Positions 1-13,229 of a stretch of 64,000 nt of DNA are shown piece by piece. The stretch is from Lingula anatina (Eukaryota; Animalia; Brachiopoda). The stretch's first letter is position 1, and the number at the start of each line of letters is the position of its first letter. Position numbers and translations under genes: made by a program. Below the pieces are notes generated by a model. It was given only the letters and a program-made list of their open reading frames with translations, made no database searches and was not told where the DNA came from. The DNA is taken from assembly GCA_051362555.1 (NCBI GenBank), contig CM120644.1:10250067-10314066 (forward strand), written 5' to 3'.

Positions 1-3000
1 GGTGTTGGCGCATGTGGCATTCTCAGCGCAATCATTTGTGGCTAGGGCACATTCGTCTACATCGGCACACGCTGTGCCGTCGCCGGTGAAACCAGCTAGG
101 CAGGTGCAGGTGAAACTGCCCACGGTGTTGGCGCATGTGGCATTCTCATCGCAATCATCTGTGGCTAGGGCACATTCGTCTACATCGGCACACGCTGTGC
201 CGTCGCCGGTGAAATCAGCTAGGCAGGTGCAGGTGAAACTGCCCACGGTGTTGGCGCATGTGGCATTCTCAGCGCAATTATCTGTGGCTAGGGCACATTC
301 GTCTACATCGGCACACACTGTGCCGTCGCCGGTGAAACCAGCTAGGCAGGTGCAGGTGAAACTGCCCACGGTGTTGGCGCATGTGGAATTCTCAGCGCAA
401 TCATTTGTGGCTAGGGCACATTCGTCTACATCGGCACACGCTGTGCCGTCGCCGGTGAAACCAGCTAGGCAGGTGCAGGTGAAACTGCCCACGGTGTTGG
501 CGCATGTGGCATTCTCATCGCAATCATCTGTGGCTAGGGCACATTCGTCTACATCGGCACACGTTGTGCCGTCGCCGGTGAAACCAGCTAGGCAGGTGCA
601 GGTGAAACTGCCCACGATGTTGGCGCATGTGGCATTCTCAGCGCAATCATCTGTGGCTAGGGCACATTCGTCTACATCGGCACACGCTGTGCCGTCGCCG
701 GTGAAACCAGCTAGGCAGGTGCAGGTGAAACTGCCCACGGTGTTGGCGCATGTGGCATTCTCAGCGCAATCATCTGGGGCTAGGGCACATTCGTCTACAT
801 CGGCACACGCTGTGCCATCGCCGGTGAAACCAGCTAGGCAGGTGCAGGTGAAACTGCCCACGGTGTTGGCGCATGTGGCATTCTCAGCGCAATCATCTGT
901 GGCTAGGGCACATTCGTCTACATCGGCACACGCTGTGCCGTCGCCGGTGAAACCAGCTAGGCAGGTGCAGGTGAAACTGCCCACGGTGTTGGCGCATGTG
1001 GCATTCTCAGCGCAATAATCTGTGGCTAGGGCACATTCGTCTATATCGGCACACGCTGTGCCGTCGCCGGTGAAACCAGCTAGGCAGGTGCAGGTGAAAC
1101 TGCCCACGGTGTTGGCGCATGTGGCATTCTCATCGCAATCATCTGTGGCTAGGGCACATTCGTCTACATCGGCACACGCTGTGCCGTCGCCGGTGAAACC
1201 AGCTAGGCAGGTGCAGGTGAAACTGCCCACGGTGTTGGCACATGTGGCATTCTCAGCGCAATCATCTGTGGCTAGGGCACATTCGTCTACATCGGCACAC
1301 GCTGTGCCGTCGCCGGTGAAACCAGCTAGGCAGGTGCAGGTGAAACTGCCCACGGTGTTGGCGCATGTGGCATTCTCAGCGCAATCATTTGTGGCTAGGG
1401 CACATTCGTCTACATCGGCACACGCTGTGCCGTCGCCGGTGAAACCAGCTAGGCAGGTGCAGGTGAAACTGCCCACGGTGTTGGCGCATGTGGCATTCTC
1501 AGCGCAATCATCTGTGGCTAGGGCACATTCGTCTACATCGGCACACGCTGTGCCGTCGCCGGTGAAACCAGCTAGGCAGGTGCAGGTGAAACTGCCCACG
1601 GTGTTGGCGCATGTGGCATTCTCAGCGCAATCATCTGTGGCTAGGGCACATTCGTCTACATCGGCACACGCTGTGCCGTCGCCGGTGAAACCAGCTAGGC
1701 AGGTGCAGGTGAAACTGCCCACGGTGTTGGCGCATGTGGCATTCTCATCGCAATCATCTGTGGCTAGGGCACATTCGTCTACATCGGCACACGCTGTGCC
1801 GTCGCCGGTGAAACCAGCAAGGCAGGTGCAGGTGAAACTGCCCACGGTGTTGGCGCATGTGGAATTCTCAGCGCAATCATCTGTGGCTAGGGCACATTCG
1901 TCTACATCGGCACACGCTGTGCCGTCGCCGGTGAAACCAGCTAGGCAGGTGCAGGTGAAACTGCCCACGGTGTTGGCGCATGTGGCATTCTCATCGCAAT
2001 CATCTGCGGCTAGGGCACATTCGTCTACATCGGCACACGCTGTGCCGTCGCCGGTGAAACCAGCCAGGCAGGTGCAGGTGAAACTGCCCACGGTGTTGGC
2101 ACATGTGGCATTCTCAGCGCAATCATCTGTGGCTAGGGCACATTCGTCTACATCAGCACACGCTGTGCCGTCGCCGGTGAAACCAGCTAGGCAGGTGCAG
2201 GTGAAACTGCCCACGGTGTTGGCGCATGTGGCATTCTCAGCGCAATCATCTGTGGCTAGGGCACATTCGTCTACATCGGCACACGCTGTGCCGTCGCCGG
2301 TGAAACCAGTTAGGCAGGTGCAGGTGAAACTGCCCACGGTGTTGGCGCATGTGGCATTCTCATCGCAATCATCTGTGGCTAGGGCACATTCGTCTACATC
2401 GGCACACGCTGTGCCGTCGCCGGTGAAACCAGCCAGGCAGGTGCAGGTGAAACTGCCCACGGTGTTGGCGCATGTGGTATTCTCAGCGCAATCATTTGTG
2501 GCTAGGGCACATTCGTCTACATCGGCACACGCTGTGCCGTCGCCGGTGAAACCAGCTAGGCAGGTGCAGGTGAAGCTGCCCACGGTGTTGGCGCATGTGG
2601 CATTCTCAGCGCAATCATTTGTGGCTAGGGCACATTCGTCTACATCGGCACACGCTGTGCCGTCGCCGGTGAAACCAGCTAGGCAGGTGCAGGTGAAACT
2701 GCCCACGGTGTTGGCGCATGTGGCATTCTCATCGCAATCATCTGTGGCTAGGGCACATTCGTCTACATCGGCACACGTTGTGCCGTCGCCGGTGAAATCA
2801 GCTAGGCAGGTGCAGGTGAAACTGCCCACGGTGTTGGCGCATGTGGCATTCTCAGCGCAATTATCTGTGGCTAGGGCACATTCGTCTACATCGGCACACA
2901 CTGTGCCGTCGCCGGTGAAACCAGCTAGGCAGGTGCAGGTGAAACTGCCCACGGTGTTGGCGCATGTGGAATTCTCAGCGCAATCATTTGTGGCTAGGGC

Positions 3001-6000
3001 ACATTCGTCTACATCGGCACACGCTGTGCCGTCGCCGGTGAAACCAGCTAGGCAGGTGCAGGTGAAACTGCCCACGGTGTTGGCGCATGTGGCATTCTCA
3101 TCGCAATCATCTGTGGCTAGGGCACATTCGTCTACATCGGCACACGTTGTGCCGTCGCCGGTGAAACCAGCTAGGCAGGTGCAGGTGAAACTGCCCACGA
3201 TGTTGGCGCATGTGGCATTCTCAGCGCAATCATCTGTGGCTAGGGCACATTCGTCTACATCGGCACACGCTGTGCCGTCGCCGGTGAAACCAGCTAGGCA
3301 GGTGCAGGTGAAACTGCCCACGGTGTTGGCGCATGTGGCATTCTCAGCGCAATCATCTGGGGCTAGGGCACATTCGTCTACATCGGCACACGCTGTGCCA
3401 TCGCCGGTGAAACCAGCTAGGCAGGTGCAGGTGAAACTGCCCACGGTGTTGGCGCATGTGGCATTCTCAGCGCAATCATCTGTGGCTAGGGCACATTCGT
3501 CTACATCGGCACACGCTGTGCCGTCGCCGGTGAAACCAGCTAGGCAGGTGCAGGTGAAACTGCCCACGGTGTTGGCGCATGTGGCATTCTCAGCGCAATC
3601 ATCTGTGGCTAGGGCACATTCGTCTACATCGGCACACGCTGTGCCGTCGCCGGTGAAACCAGCTAGGCAGGTGCAGGTGAAACTGCCCACGGTGTTGGCG
3701 CATGTGGCATTCTCATCGCAATCATCTGTGGCTAGGGCACATTCGTCTACATCGGCACACGCTGTGCCGTCGCCGGTGAAACCAGCTAGGCAGGTGCAGG
3801 TGAAACTGCCCACGGTGTTGGCACATGTGGCATTCTCAGCGCAATCATCTGTGGCTAGGGCACATTCGTCTACATCGGCACACGCTGTGCCGTCGCCGGT
3901 GAAACCAGCTAGGCAGGTGCAGGTGAAACTGCCCACGGTGTTGGCGCATGTGGCATTCTCAGCGCAATCATTTGTGGCTAGGGCACATTCGTCTACATCG
4001 GCACACGCTGTGCCGTCGCCGGTGAAACCAGCTAGGCAGGTGCAGGTGAAACTGCCCACGGTGTTGGCGCATGTGGCATTCTCAGCGCAATCATCTGTGG
4101 CTAGGGCACATTCGTCTACATCGGCACACGCTGTGCCGTCGCCGGTGAAACCAGCTAGGCAGGTGCAGGTGAAACTGCCCACGGTGTTGGCGCATGTGGC
4201 ATTCTCAGCGCAATCATCTGTGGCTAGGGCACATTCGTCTACATCGGCACACGCTGTGCCGTCGCCGGTGAAACCAGCTAGGCAGGTGCAGGTGAAACTG
4301 CCCACGGTGTTGGCGCATGTGGCATTCTCATCGCAATCATCTGTGGCTAGGGCACATTCGTCTACATCGGCACACGCTGTGCCGTCGCCGGTGAAACCAG
4401 CAAGGCAGGTGCAGGTGAAACTGCCCACGGTGTTGGCGCATGTGGAATTCTCAGCGCAATCATCTGTGGCTAGGGCACATTCGTCTACATCGGCACACGC
4501 TGTGCCGTCGCCGGTGAAACCAGCTAGGCAGGTGCAGGTGAAACTGCCCACGGTGTTGGCGCATGTGGCATTCTCATCGCAATCATCTGCGGCTAGGGCA
4601 CATTCGTCTACATCGGCACACGCTGTGCCGTCGCCGGTGAAACCAGCCAGGCAGGTGCAGGTGAAACTGCCCACGGTGTTGGCACATGTGGCATTCTCAG
4701 CGCAATCATCTGTGGCTAGGGCACATTCGTCTACATCAGCACACGCTGTGCCGTCGCCGGTGAAACCAGCTAGGCAGGTGCAGGTGAAACTGCCCACGGT
4801 GTTGGCGCATGTGGCATTCTCAGCGCAATCATTTGTGGCTAGGGCACATTCGTCTACATCGGCACACGCTGTGCCGTCGCCGGTGAAACCAGCTAGGCAG
4901 GTGCAGGTGAAACTGCCCACGGTGTTGGCGCATGTGGCATTCTCAGCGCAATCATCTGTGGCTAGGGCACATTCGTCTACATCGGCACACGCTGTGCCGT
5001 CGCCGGTGAAACCAGCTAGGCAGGTGCAGGTGAAACTGCCCACGGTGTTGGCGCATGTGGCATTCTCATCGCAATCATCTGTGGCTAGGGCACATTCGTC
5101 TACATCGGCACACGCTGTGCCGTCGCCGGTGAAACCAGCTAGGCAGGTGCAGGTGAAACTGCCCACGGTGTTGGCGCATGTGGCATTCTCAGTGCAATCA
5201 TCTGTGGCTAGGGCACATTCGTCTACATCGGCACACGCTGTGCCGTCGCCGGTGAAACCAGCAAGGCAGGTGCAGGTGAAACTGCCCACGGTGTTGGCGC
5301 ATGTGGAATTCTCAGCGCAATCATCTGTGGCTAGGGCACATTCGTCTACATCGGCACACGCTGTGCCGTCGCCGGTGAAACCAGCTAGGCAGGTGCAGGT
5401 GAAACTGCCCACGGTGTTGGCGCATGTGGCATTCTCATCGCAATCATCTGTGGCTAGGGCACATTCGTCTACATCGGCACACGCTGTGCCGTCGCCGGTG
5501 AAACCAGCCAGGCAGGTGCAGGTGAAACTGCCCACGGTGTTGGCACATGTGGCATTCTCAGCGCAATCATCTGTGGCTAGGGCACATTCGTCTACATCGG
5601 AACACGCTGTGCCGTCGCCGGTGAAACCAGCTAGGCAGGTGCAGGTGAAACTGCCCACGGTGTTGGCGCATGTGGCATTCTCAGCGCAATCATCTGTGGC
5701 TAGGGCACATTCGTCTACATCGGCACACGCTGTGCCGTCGCCGGTGAAACCAGCCAGGCAGGTGCAGGTGAAACTGCCCACGGTGTTGGCGCATGTGGCA
5801 TTCTCAGCGCAATCATTTGTGGCTAGGGCACATTCGTCTACCTCGGCACACGCTGTGCCGTCGCCGGTGAAACCAGCCAGGCAGGTGCAGGTGAAACTGC
5901 CCACGGTGTTGGCACATGTGGCATTCTCAGCGCAATCATCTGTGGCTAGGGCACATTCGTCTACATCGGCACACACTGTGCCGTCGCCGGTGAAACCAGC

Positions 6001-8330
6001 TAGGCAGGTGCAGGTGAAACTGCCCACGGTGTTGGCGCATGTGGAATTCTCAGCGCAATCATCTGTGGCTAGGGCACATTCGTCTACATCGGCACACGCT
6101 GTGCCGTCGCCGGTGAAACCAGCCAGGCAGGTGCAGGTGAAACTGCCCACGGTGTTGGCGCATGTGGCATTCTCAGCGCAATCATTTGTGGCTAGGGCAC
6201 ATTCGTCTACCTCGGCACACGCTGTGCCGTCGCCGGTGAAACCAGCTAGGCAGGTGCAGGTGAAACTGCCCACGGTGTTGGCGCATGTGGCATTTTCAGC
6301 GCAATCATCTGTGGCTAGGGCACAGTCGTCTACATCGGCACACACTGTGCCGTCGCCGGTGAAACCAGCTAGGCAGGTGCAGGTGAAACTGCCCACGGTG
6401 TTGGCGCATGTGGAATTCTCATCGCAATCATCTGTGGCTAGGGCACATTCGTCTACATCGGCACACGCTGTGCCGTCGCCGGTGAAACCAGCTAGGCAGG
6501 TGCAGGTGAAACTGCCCACGGTGTTGGCGCATGTGGCATTCTCAGCGCAATCATCTGTGGCTAGGGCACATTCGTCTACATCGGCACACGCTGTGCCGTC
6601 GCCGGTGAAACCAGCTAGGCAGGTGCAGGTGAAACTGCCCACGGTGTTGGCGCATGTGGCATTTTCAGCGCAATCATCTGTGGCTAGGGCACAGTCGTCT
6701 ACATCGGCACACGCTGTGCCGTCGCCGGTGAAACCAGCTAGGCAGGTGCAGGTGAAACTGCCCACGGTGTTGGCGCATGTGGCATTCTCATCGCAATCAT
6801 CTGTGGCTAGGGCACATTCGTCTACATCGGCACACGCTGTGCCGTCGCCGTTGAAACCAGCAAGGCAGGTGCAGGTGAAACTGCCCACGGTGTTGGCGCA
6901 TGTGGAATTCTCAGCGCAATCATCTATGGCTAGGGCACATTCGTCTACATCGGCACACGCTGTGCTGTCGCTGGTGAAACCAGCTAGGCAGGTGCAGGTG
7001 AAACTGCCCACGGTGTTGGCGCATGTGGCATTCTCATCGCAATCATCTGTGGCTAGGGCACATTCGTCTACATCGGCACACGCTGTGCCGTCGCCGGTGA
7101 AACCAGCCAGGCAGGTGCAGGTGAAACTGCCCACGGTGTTGGCACATGTGGCATTCTCAGCGCAATCATCTGTGGCTAGGGCACATTCGTCTACATCGGC
7201 ACACGCTGTGCCGTCGCCGGTGAAACCAGCTAGGCAGGTGCAGTTGAAACTGCCCACGGTGTTGGCGCATGTGGCATTCTCAGCGCAATCATCTGTGGCT
7301 AGGGCACATTCGTCTACATCGGCACACGCTGTGCCGTCGCCGGTGAAACCAGCTAGGCAGGTGCAGGTGAAACTGCCCACGGAGTTGGCGCATGTGGCAT
7401 TCTCAGCGCAATCATCTGTGGCTAGGGCACATTCGTCTACATCGGCACACGCTGTGCCGTCGCCGGTGAAACCAGCTAGGCAGGTGCAGGTGAAACTGCC
7501 CACGGTGTTGGCGCATGTGGCATCCTCAGCGCAATCATCTGTGGCTAGGGCACATTCGTCTACATCGGCACACGCTGTGCCGTCGCCGGTGAAACCAGCT
7601 AGGCAGGTGCAGGTGAAACTGCCCACGGTGTTGGCGCATGTGGCATTCTCAGCGCAATCATCTGTGGCTAGGGCACATTCGTCTACATCGGCACACGCTG
7701 TGCCGTCGCCGGTGAAACCAGCTAGGCAGGTGCAGGTGAAACTGCCCACGGTGTTGGCGCATGTGGCATTCTCAGCGCAATCATCTGTGGCTAGGGCACA
7801 TTCGTCTACATCGCCACACGCTGTGCCGTCGCCGGTGAAACCAGCTAGGCAGGTGCAGGTGAAACTGCCCACGGTGTTGGCGCATGTGGCATTCTCATCG
7901 CAATCATCTGTGGCTAGGGCACATGCGTCTACATCGGCACACGCTATGCCGTCGCCGGTGAAACCAGCTAGGCAGGTGCAGGTGAAACTGCCCACGGTGT
8001 TGGAGCATGTGGCATTCTCAGCGCAATCATCTGTGGCTAGGGCACATTCGTCTACATCGGCACACGCTGTGCCGTCGCCGGTGAAACCAGCTAGGCAGGT
8101 GCAGGTGAAACTGCCCACGGTGTTGGCGCATGTGGCATTCTCAGCGCAATCATCTGTGGCTAGGGCACATTCGTCTACATCGGCACACGCTGTGCCGTCG
8201 CCGGTGAAACCAGCTAGGCAGGTGCAGGTGAAACTGCCCACGGTGTTGGCGCATGTGGCATTCTCAGCGCAAACATCTGTGGCTAGGGCACATTCGTCTA
8301 CATCGGCACACGCTGTGCCGTCGCCGGTGA
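1..8330 (-). repeat. Coding tandem array A, 123-bp unit, ~67 copies with scattered substitutions and a 21-unit (2583-bp) higher-order duplication
   Basis: Direct periodicity. Diagnostic variants recur at a 2583-bp offset (e.g. gaaatcag variant base at 215 and 2798). Confidence 0.95.
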
Positions 8331-8894
8331 ATCCGTCTTTGCACGCGCACGTGAAACTGCCCACAGTGTTTGTGCATAAAGCATTTTGATTGCAGTTATT
8401 TGATGTAATGGTATTCAGAGGAAACGTGGCTGTTGTACCTGCAATTATTGCCTGTGTTGATTTCGGTGTAGGCGGTGGGGTTGTAATTACACGTACCACT
8501 GTAGTTGTCCTTATTGTTGGCCACCAGTTTTGACGTACCATTGAACCAAATTGGATTAATTGTCTTTTCCTTCTTTTAACAAGTCCACGACGCTCTAATT
8601 TTTTGAGGACGTGAGTTTCACCGATGGATCTTCGCCTACGATCATTTAAGTCCTGTGATGTAGATGTATTGTTAAGTGCACATTCGTCTATATCCTCACA
8701 CGTTGTGCCATCACCAGTAAAACCGTTGAGGCACGTGCATATATAGCTACCCACAGTGTTAGCACACGTGGAATTTTCTGTGCAGTTATCGATATCCAGA
8801 GAACACTCGTCTATATCATCAACACATTGATAACTGCCTATAGTGTTGATACATTGTTGGTTTGGACAAGGGGAATTGGCACATTCGTCGACAT
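1..8894 (-). CDS. Gene A exon 3 (giant, runs off the left edge): truncated EGF, cbEGF, split EGF with furin/mucin insert, then ~67 tandem cbEGF repeats
   Basis: Acceptor ttacag|AT at 8894 (phase 1). Minus-strand translation DVDECANSPCPNQQCINTIGSYQCVDDIDECSLDIDNCTENSTC...; no stop or frameshift seen down to base 1. cbEGF consensus DxDEC and CxNTxGSFxCxC in every unit. Probably absent from the ORF track because no stop lies inside the window. Confidence 0.9.
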
Positions 8895-8964
8895 CTGTAA
8901 TAAAACGTTTACCACCAATTGAATATCAATATATTATCTCTTGCCTGCATGCCTGCCTGCTTGC

Positions 8965-8965
<1 letters not shown>

Positions 8966-8998
<33 letters not shown>

Positions 8999-9013
8999 GT
9001 CTATCTATCTATC
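8966..9013. repeat. (TATC)n microsatellite in intron 2 of gene A
   Basis: Visible tetranucleotide run. Confidence 0.9.
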
Positions 9014-9133
9014 ACATTATTACGGCATAACATAAAATGATATACACTTTTATTTAATAAGCAAAACTTAAATTGGATTACCCTATTGTCACATTGTACA
9101 TTATCTTGTCAAGAAATGTAAATTATTTAAAAT

Positions 9134-9136
<3 letters not shown>

Positions 9137-9164
<28 letters not shown>
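9137..9164. repeat. (AG)n microsatellite in intron 2 of gene A
   Basis: Visible dinucleotide run. Confidence 0.9.
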
Positions 9165-9167
<3 letters not shown>

Positions 9168-9190
9168 GAGAGAAAAATGACTCCCCAGAC

Positions 9191-9391
9191 CTGTACACGT
9201 AGTTCCGTCCCCAGTAAATCCGTTTCTACATACACAAGTACAACCTGTTGTTGGTGTCTGTGCGGGATTCGACTGGCACGAGCTAAATAAAAAGGAACAC
9301 AGGATCCCGTTCCCCAACAGATGGTTGTTGAGGAATAACCCTGTGTTTGAAACACACTCTGCGTTTTCATCGCATGTTTGAGCAATGGACC
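9191..9391 (-). CDS. Gene A exon 2: end of signal peptide plus atypical EGF-like domain
   Basis: Acceptor tttcag|GG, donor ACAG|gtctgg, phase 1-1, 201 bp. Encodes (W)SIAQTCDENAECVSNTGLFLNNHLLGNGILCSFLFSSCQSNPAQTPTTGCTCVCRNGFTGDGTTCT and joins exon 3 in frame (G+AT=Asp). Confidence 0.8.
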
Positions 9392-11256
9392 CTGAAACAC
9401 ATGTACAATATAAATACTTCACAAGTAAATGTTATATATTGTCTTTAGCGGAAGTTGACAGTCGCTGTTCAGATGAGCTTCTGTATATTATCTGAAATGT
9501 ATACATAACATTTACCCCTGTTCACGTGCTCACATTTTTGTAGTCTTGATTTAACCCCCTCCCCCACACAATACGTAAAATATTTTTGTACGAAAAGGAG
9601 AGGAATATCGTATTTTTGTAGATTAAGGCACATGTAGCCTATTTTACCCTGAGGACGATTCTAGACGGAATGACCGCTTTGGATGTTGATGTCCGGTGTT
9701 TTTATATAAGAAAATTTTTGGGAATAAAATGCACCAAACAATAAACACTGACATGTAATTGTTTAATAATAAACACCAATCCCAGAGCTTGTTTTACAAT
9801 ATCGATGCAGTTTTAGGTAAGGGCCTAAATGAGAAAAGCCGATTCTGCGTTGTTAGTTTAAAATTCAAAGTTTGAAAACAATGGGTGCAATTTAGAGAAC
9901 AAGCAGTGAATGGGTTACATAATATTCAATGTAAATGAAAATGTAGATAAATCAATTGAATTGATGCTGGTTCTAATGTTGTAAAGATTAAGAAAAAATA
10001 AAGAAAAACAATTAAATAAATTTAGATGCAGTACGTTACGTTTTGAGTAAGATAGGCTCCAGTCAGCAACAATTCACTAGACTTTTGTAAGAGTTATGTC
10101 TGTTTTAAAGATACCCTAAACGGGACCTACTCGCCAAAGAGAATTTTTCTCTTGAAGAGGGCATTTTTCTCTTACCCAGGAATTATTGCTCGATCTGTCC
10201 AGTTGAATTTGATGTTTTATTACATGTTTTGTTAAAAAAAGTCAGTTTTAAATGACTGGGTAGTCATGTAGGAGGCCATGTCTTACTGTATATTTCAGAA
10301 AGACAACTAGGCGTCAGCTTATTTTATTTGAGGGGTTTTATTAATTTTAGGGTTTAAATTTGGGGGAACTGGAGCTCTGTGAATGAATAAAGAATAACAA
10401 AAAGAAATACATGTTTATAATGATTTAAAAGATGACAAAAGCATTAACTCTATCTAAGCTATTGGATCTTAAGCTTTAAAGGGGTTAAGGTGCTAAGACA
10501 TTGAAGGTAGTATCATAACCGTATTTCTCGCTGTAAAGTTCCGGCGTTAAGATGTGTTATCGGCAATACATATGTACAACTATACCGCTGCTGCCTCCAG
10601 CAAATATTGCTCACACATGTCAGAAAAACAACCTGGGTGGAGTTAAACACTTATATTACTCAAGTATTATCGCAGTGGGCGTATCACGCGCGTTAAAGAC
10701 GGTAACACGAGTGACCATAAATTTGAAATATGGTACTTTTTTTCTTAGTTTAATGCTCAGTCAATTGCAGATTTTTTAAATGGATTCCTGCTTTTTTTTT
10801 TTTACAAAACCTTTATTTTGTTGTATGAAACATATATTCCGCGTTTTAGAGATTATCCATAGGAGCTGGCACAAGTGATATATACATTTCATACAGATAT
10901 CGCGCTTGATATAAACAATATATAAGGATAAAATTAGAAGTATCTTGGCTCTTGCTTAAACAATTCATAATTAAATCAGCAAATTCTTAATCAGATCTGT
11001 TACTTGTTTTTAGTTATTTTGGCATTGTGTAAAATCGACCCACAAGTTTGCGTTACATCCCATTATTAGCTGTTACTGATGAACATGTAACAAGGCATCT
11101 ATACGTGAGTAAGTTTGGATAATAAGGGGAACTCGACTATCGCGTTTAATTCTCTTTAAAACATTTTTGGAACAAAGAACGATAAATATATCCTAATATT
11201 GACCCAAAGGATGCATTTCTATTCGTTTATCAACGGACCCCTTTTTACGTAATATA

Positions 11257-12915
11257 CAGACTTGACATTTAATATGGAATATTTCAGTTTTAAAGGTATA
11301 CCTAGTTAAAAAATGCTTTCTTTTTTCAAAAAAACTCAGATCTCACATAAGATATCTGACTGGAGAAGTATGAAGTCAGGTGTGTCGCTACCAATTAACT
11401 GACTACCAAGTCTGTTGCACTGCTGCATTGTGTAATATGCAGTGATTTAATTGGCTGGTGCTCCTTTGGGCTGGTCAAAGCTTGGCTTTGATGAAGCATG
11501 GTTCTGTCAAAAAAGTATCCATGTGTCGGCAACTACTGTATCGAAGAATTTGAAATTTTGCATGCAAACGGACCGTTGCATTGCGTAACATGAATTAAGC
11601 AGTGTTTTTTAAAATTGTTTAGCTGTGCCAGAATGGCGCGAAAAAGACAGACATTGCCAGACAGATTATTGTGTCAAACGGAATGGTCTGCACAGTTTTA
11701 TAGGGTTATGCCCAAACTGATGCACCTACACAGATACCACGCCCAATGTATCGACATCTTACCACCAGGTTACAGGACTCGCTGTCCTTCAGGATATGCT
11801 GCTGCAATTAAACCAAAACCACCCAGTCCGTTTTGAATGAGGGGCAAATTGTCACCAAAACGCGTTTTTTCAAGGCTCTTAGCGAACACCAAAATGGTTT
11901 CAGAAGGTTAGGATATCAGGCGACCTCTGAGGAAGCCACTGTAAACAGCTAAACGGCGTAGTCTGTCTCTCTAATGAATTGGGGACCCTGACCGTTTCTG
12001 GGTAGAACACTGATATCGCGTGGCTTTCTTTATGGAAGTCAGATTTCACCCGTACCACTAAAATGGTCAAAACAGAGTTTACAGACATCCTGAAGAGGCC
12101 TACGACAAGACGTGTGTACTATTTAAGTGACTAGGGTCATTGGAAGCATCACTATTTGGAGTGGATACCACATTAGTGCCAAAACACTAATGGAAGTCAT
12201 CGATGAAAACCTGAACCAGATCAAATAGAGGAATACTCTGGGAACCACTTGACCATCATTTGATAGGGGCATCTTAGGAACAATTTTGGTTGCACGATGA
12301 GATTGCCGGTTCACACAGAGAACTTTTAATAGCAGATAACTTACAGAACCAAGGGAATGAGCAGCTACCTTGGTCATCAAAATCGCCATATTTGAACCAC
12401 ATAGACAATATGTGGGTAGGTCATTACTCGCTGTATCAACGGCTTGCATGTCCTACAACAAAACTGAACCAAACTGGCCAAGTCTTAACCGTTGCCTGGA
12501 ATTTTATTCCAGATTAAACTCTAAAAACCCATTCTAAGGAATGTCTTGTCGCTTGAAAGCTCTGGTAGCAGCAAGATGAGGTCCGGCGTAACAGCGACCA
12601 TTGCTGTGACTAGACACCCACATGAGGGACCTTTGTGGGGCGTGTAACTCTTTTAAAGAGGATAACTTGGAAAATATGGATATCCAAAATATCGCTTTCA
12701 ATGGTTGTCGTATGACTTAAAATAGGCAATGTATTTTTGTTTGCTTCACTGGCGAATTCAATTAATGGACTCATGTCACAATAACATCGAACAAATTATC
12801 AGAAGTTTTTAAAACACGATTTTAATCCTTCTTTTCATTTATCAGTCAGCAAAATAGGAAAAAAACTGATTAATTATGATTTGGAAAAAATATTCCATAT
12901 TAAATGTCAAGTCTG
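11257..12915 (+). mobile_element. Degenerate Tc1/mariner DNA transposon in intron 1 of gene A
   Basis: 28-bp TIRs cagacttgacatttaatatggaatattt / aaatattccatattaaatgtcaagtctg, flanked by TA. Internal fragment LPWSSKSPYLNHIDNMW resembles the Tc1 WPxxSPDLNPIENxW motif. Confidence 0.85.
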
Positions 12916-13184
12916 TAGTAATATATGTACGTATAATACGTAATATATGTGGTTGTTAAAACAAGTTTGACATATTTTGTGGTTACAAGTTTTACTTTAC
13001 ATGCATTTTGGAATGACGAAATAATTATGGATTCAAGATAAAAGCGAATTTTGAAAAAAGAATTAAATGGAAAATATTAAATTTAAAAAACGGAATGAAA
13101 TAAGGAGAATTTAGTGTAGCAAATGATAAAATTAAATAATCAGGACAACAACTTGTAATTACACACATATATAAAAGTACTTAC

Positions 13185-13224
13185 ACTTGAATAGGGTGAC
13201 CAGTAACAAAACACTCAACGACAT
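13185..13224 (-). CDS. Gene A exon 1: start codon and signal peptide
   Basis: ATG at 13224 gives MSLSVLLLVTLFK + T|gtaagt (perfect donor, phase 1). Splicing to exon 2 gives MSLSVLLLVTLFKWSIA-QTCDENAEC, a hydrophobic core with a small-residue cleavage site. Confidence 0.8.
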
Positions 13225-13229
13225 TATCT

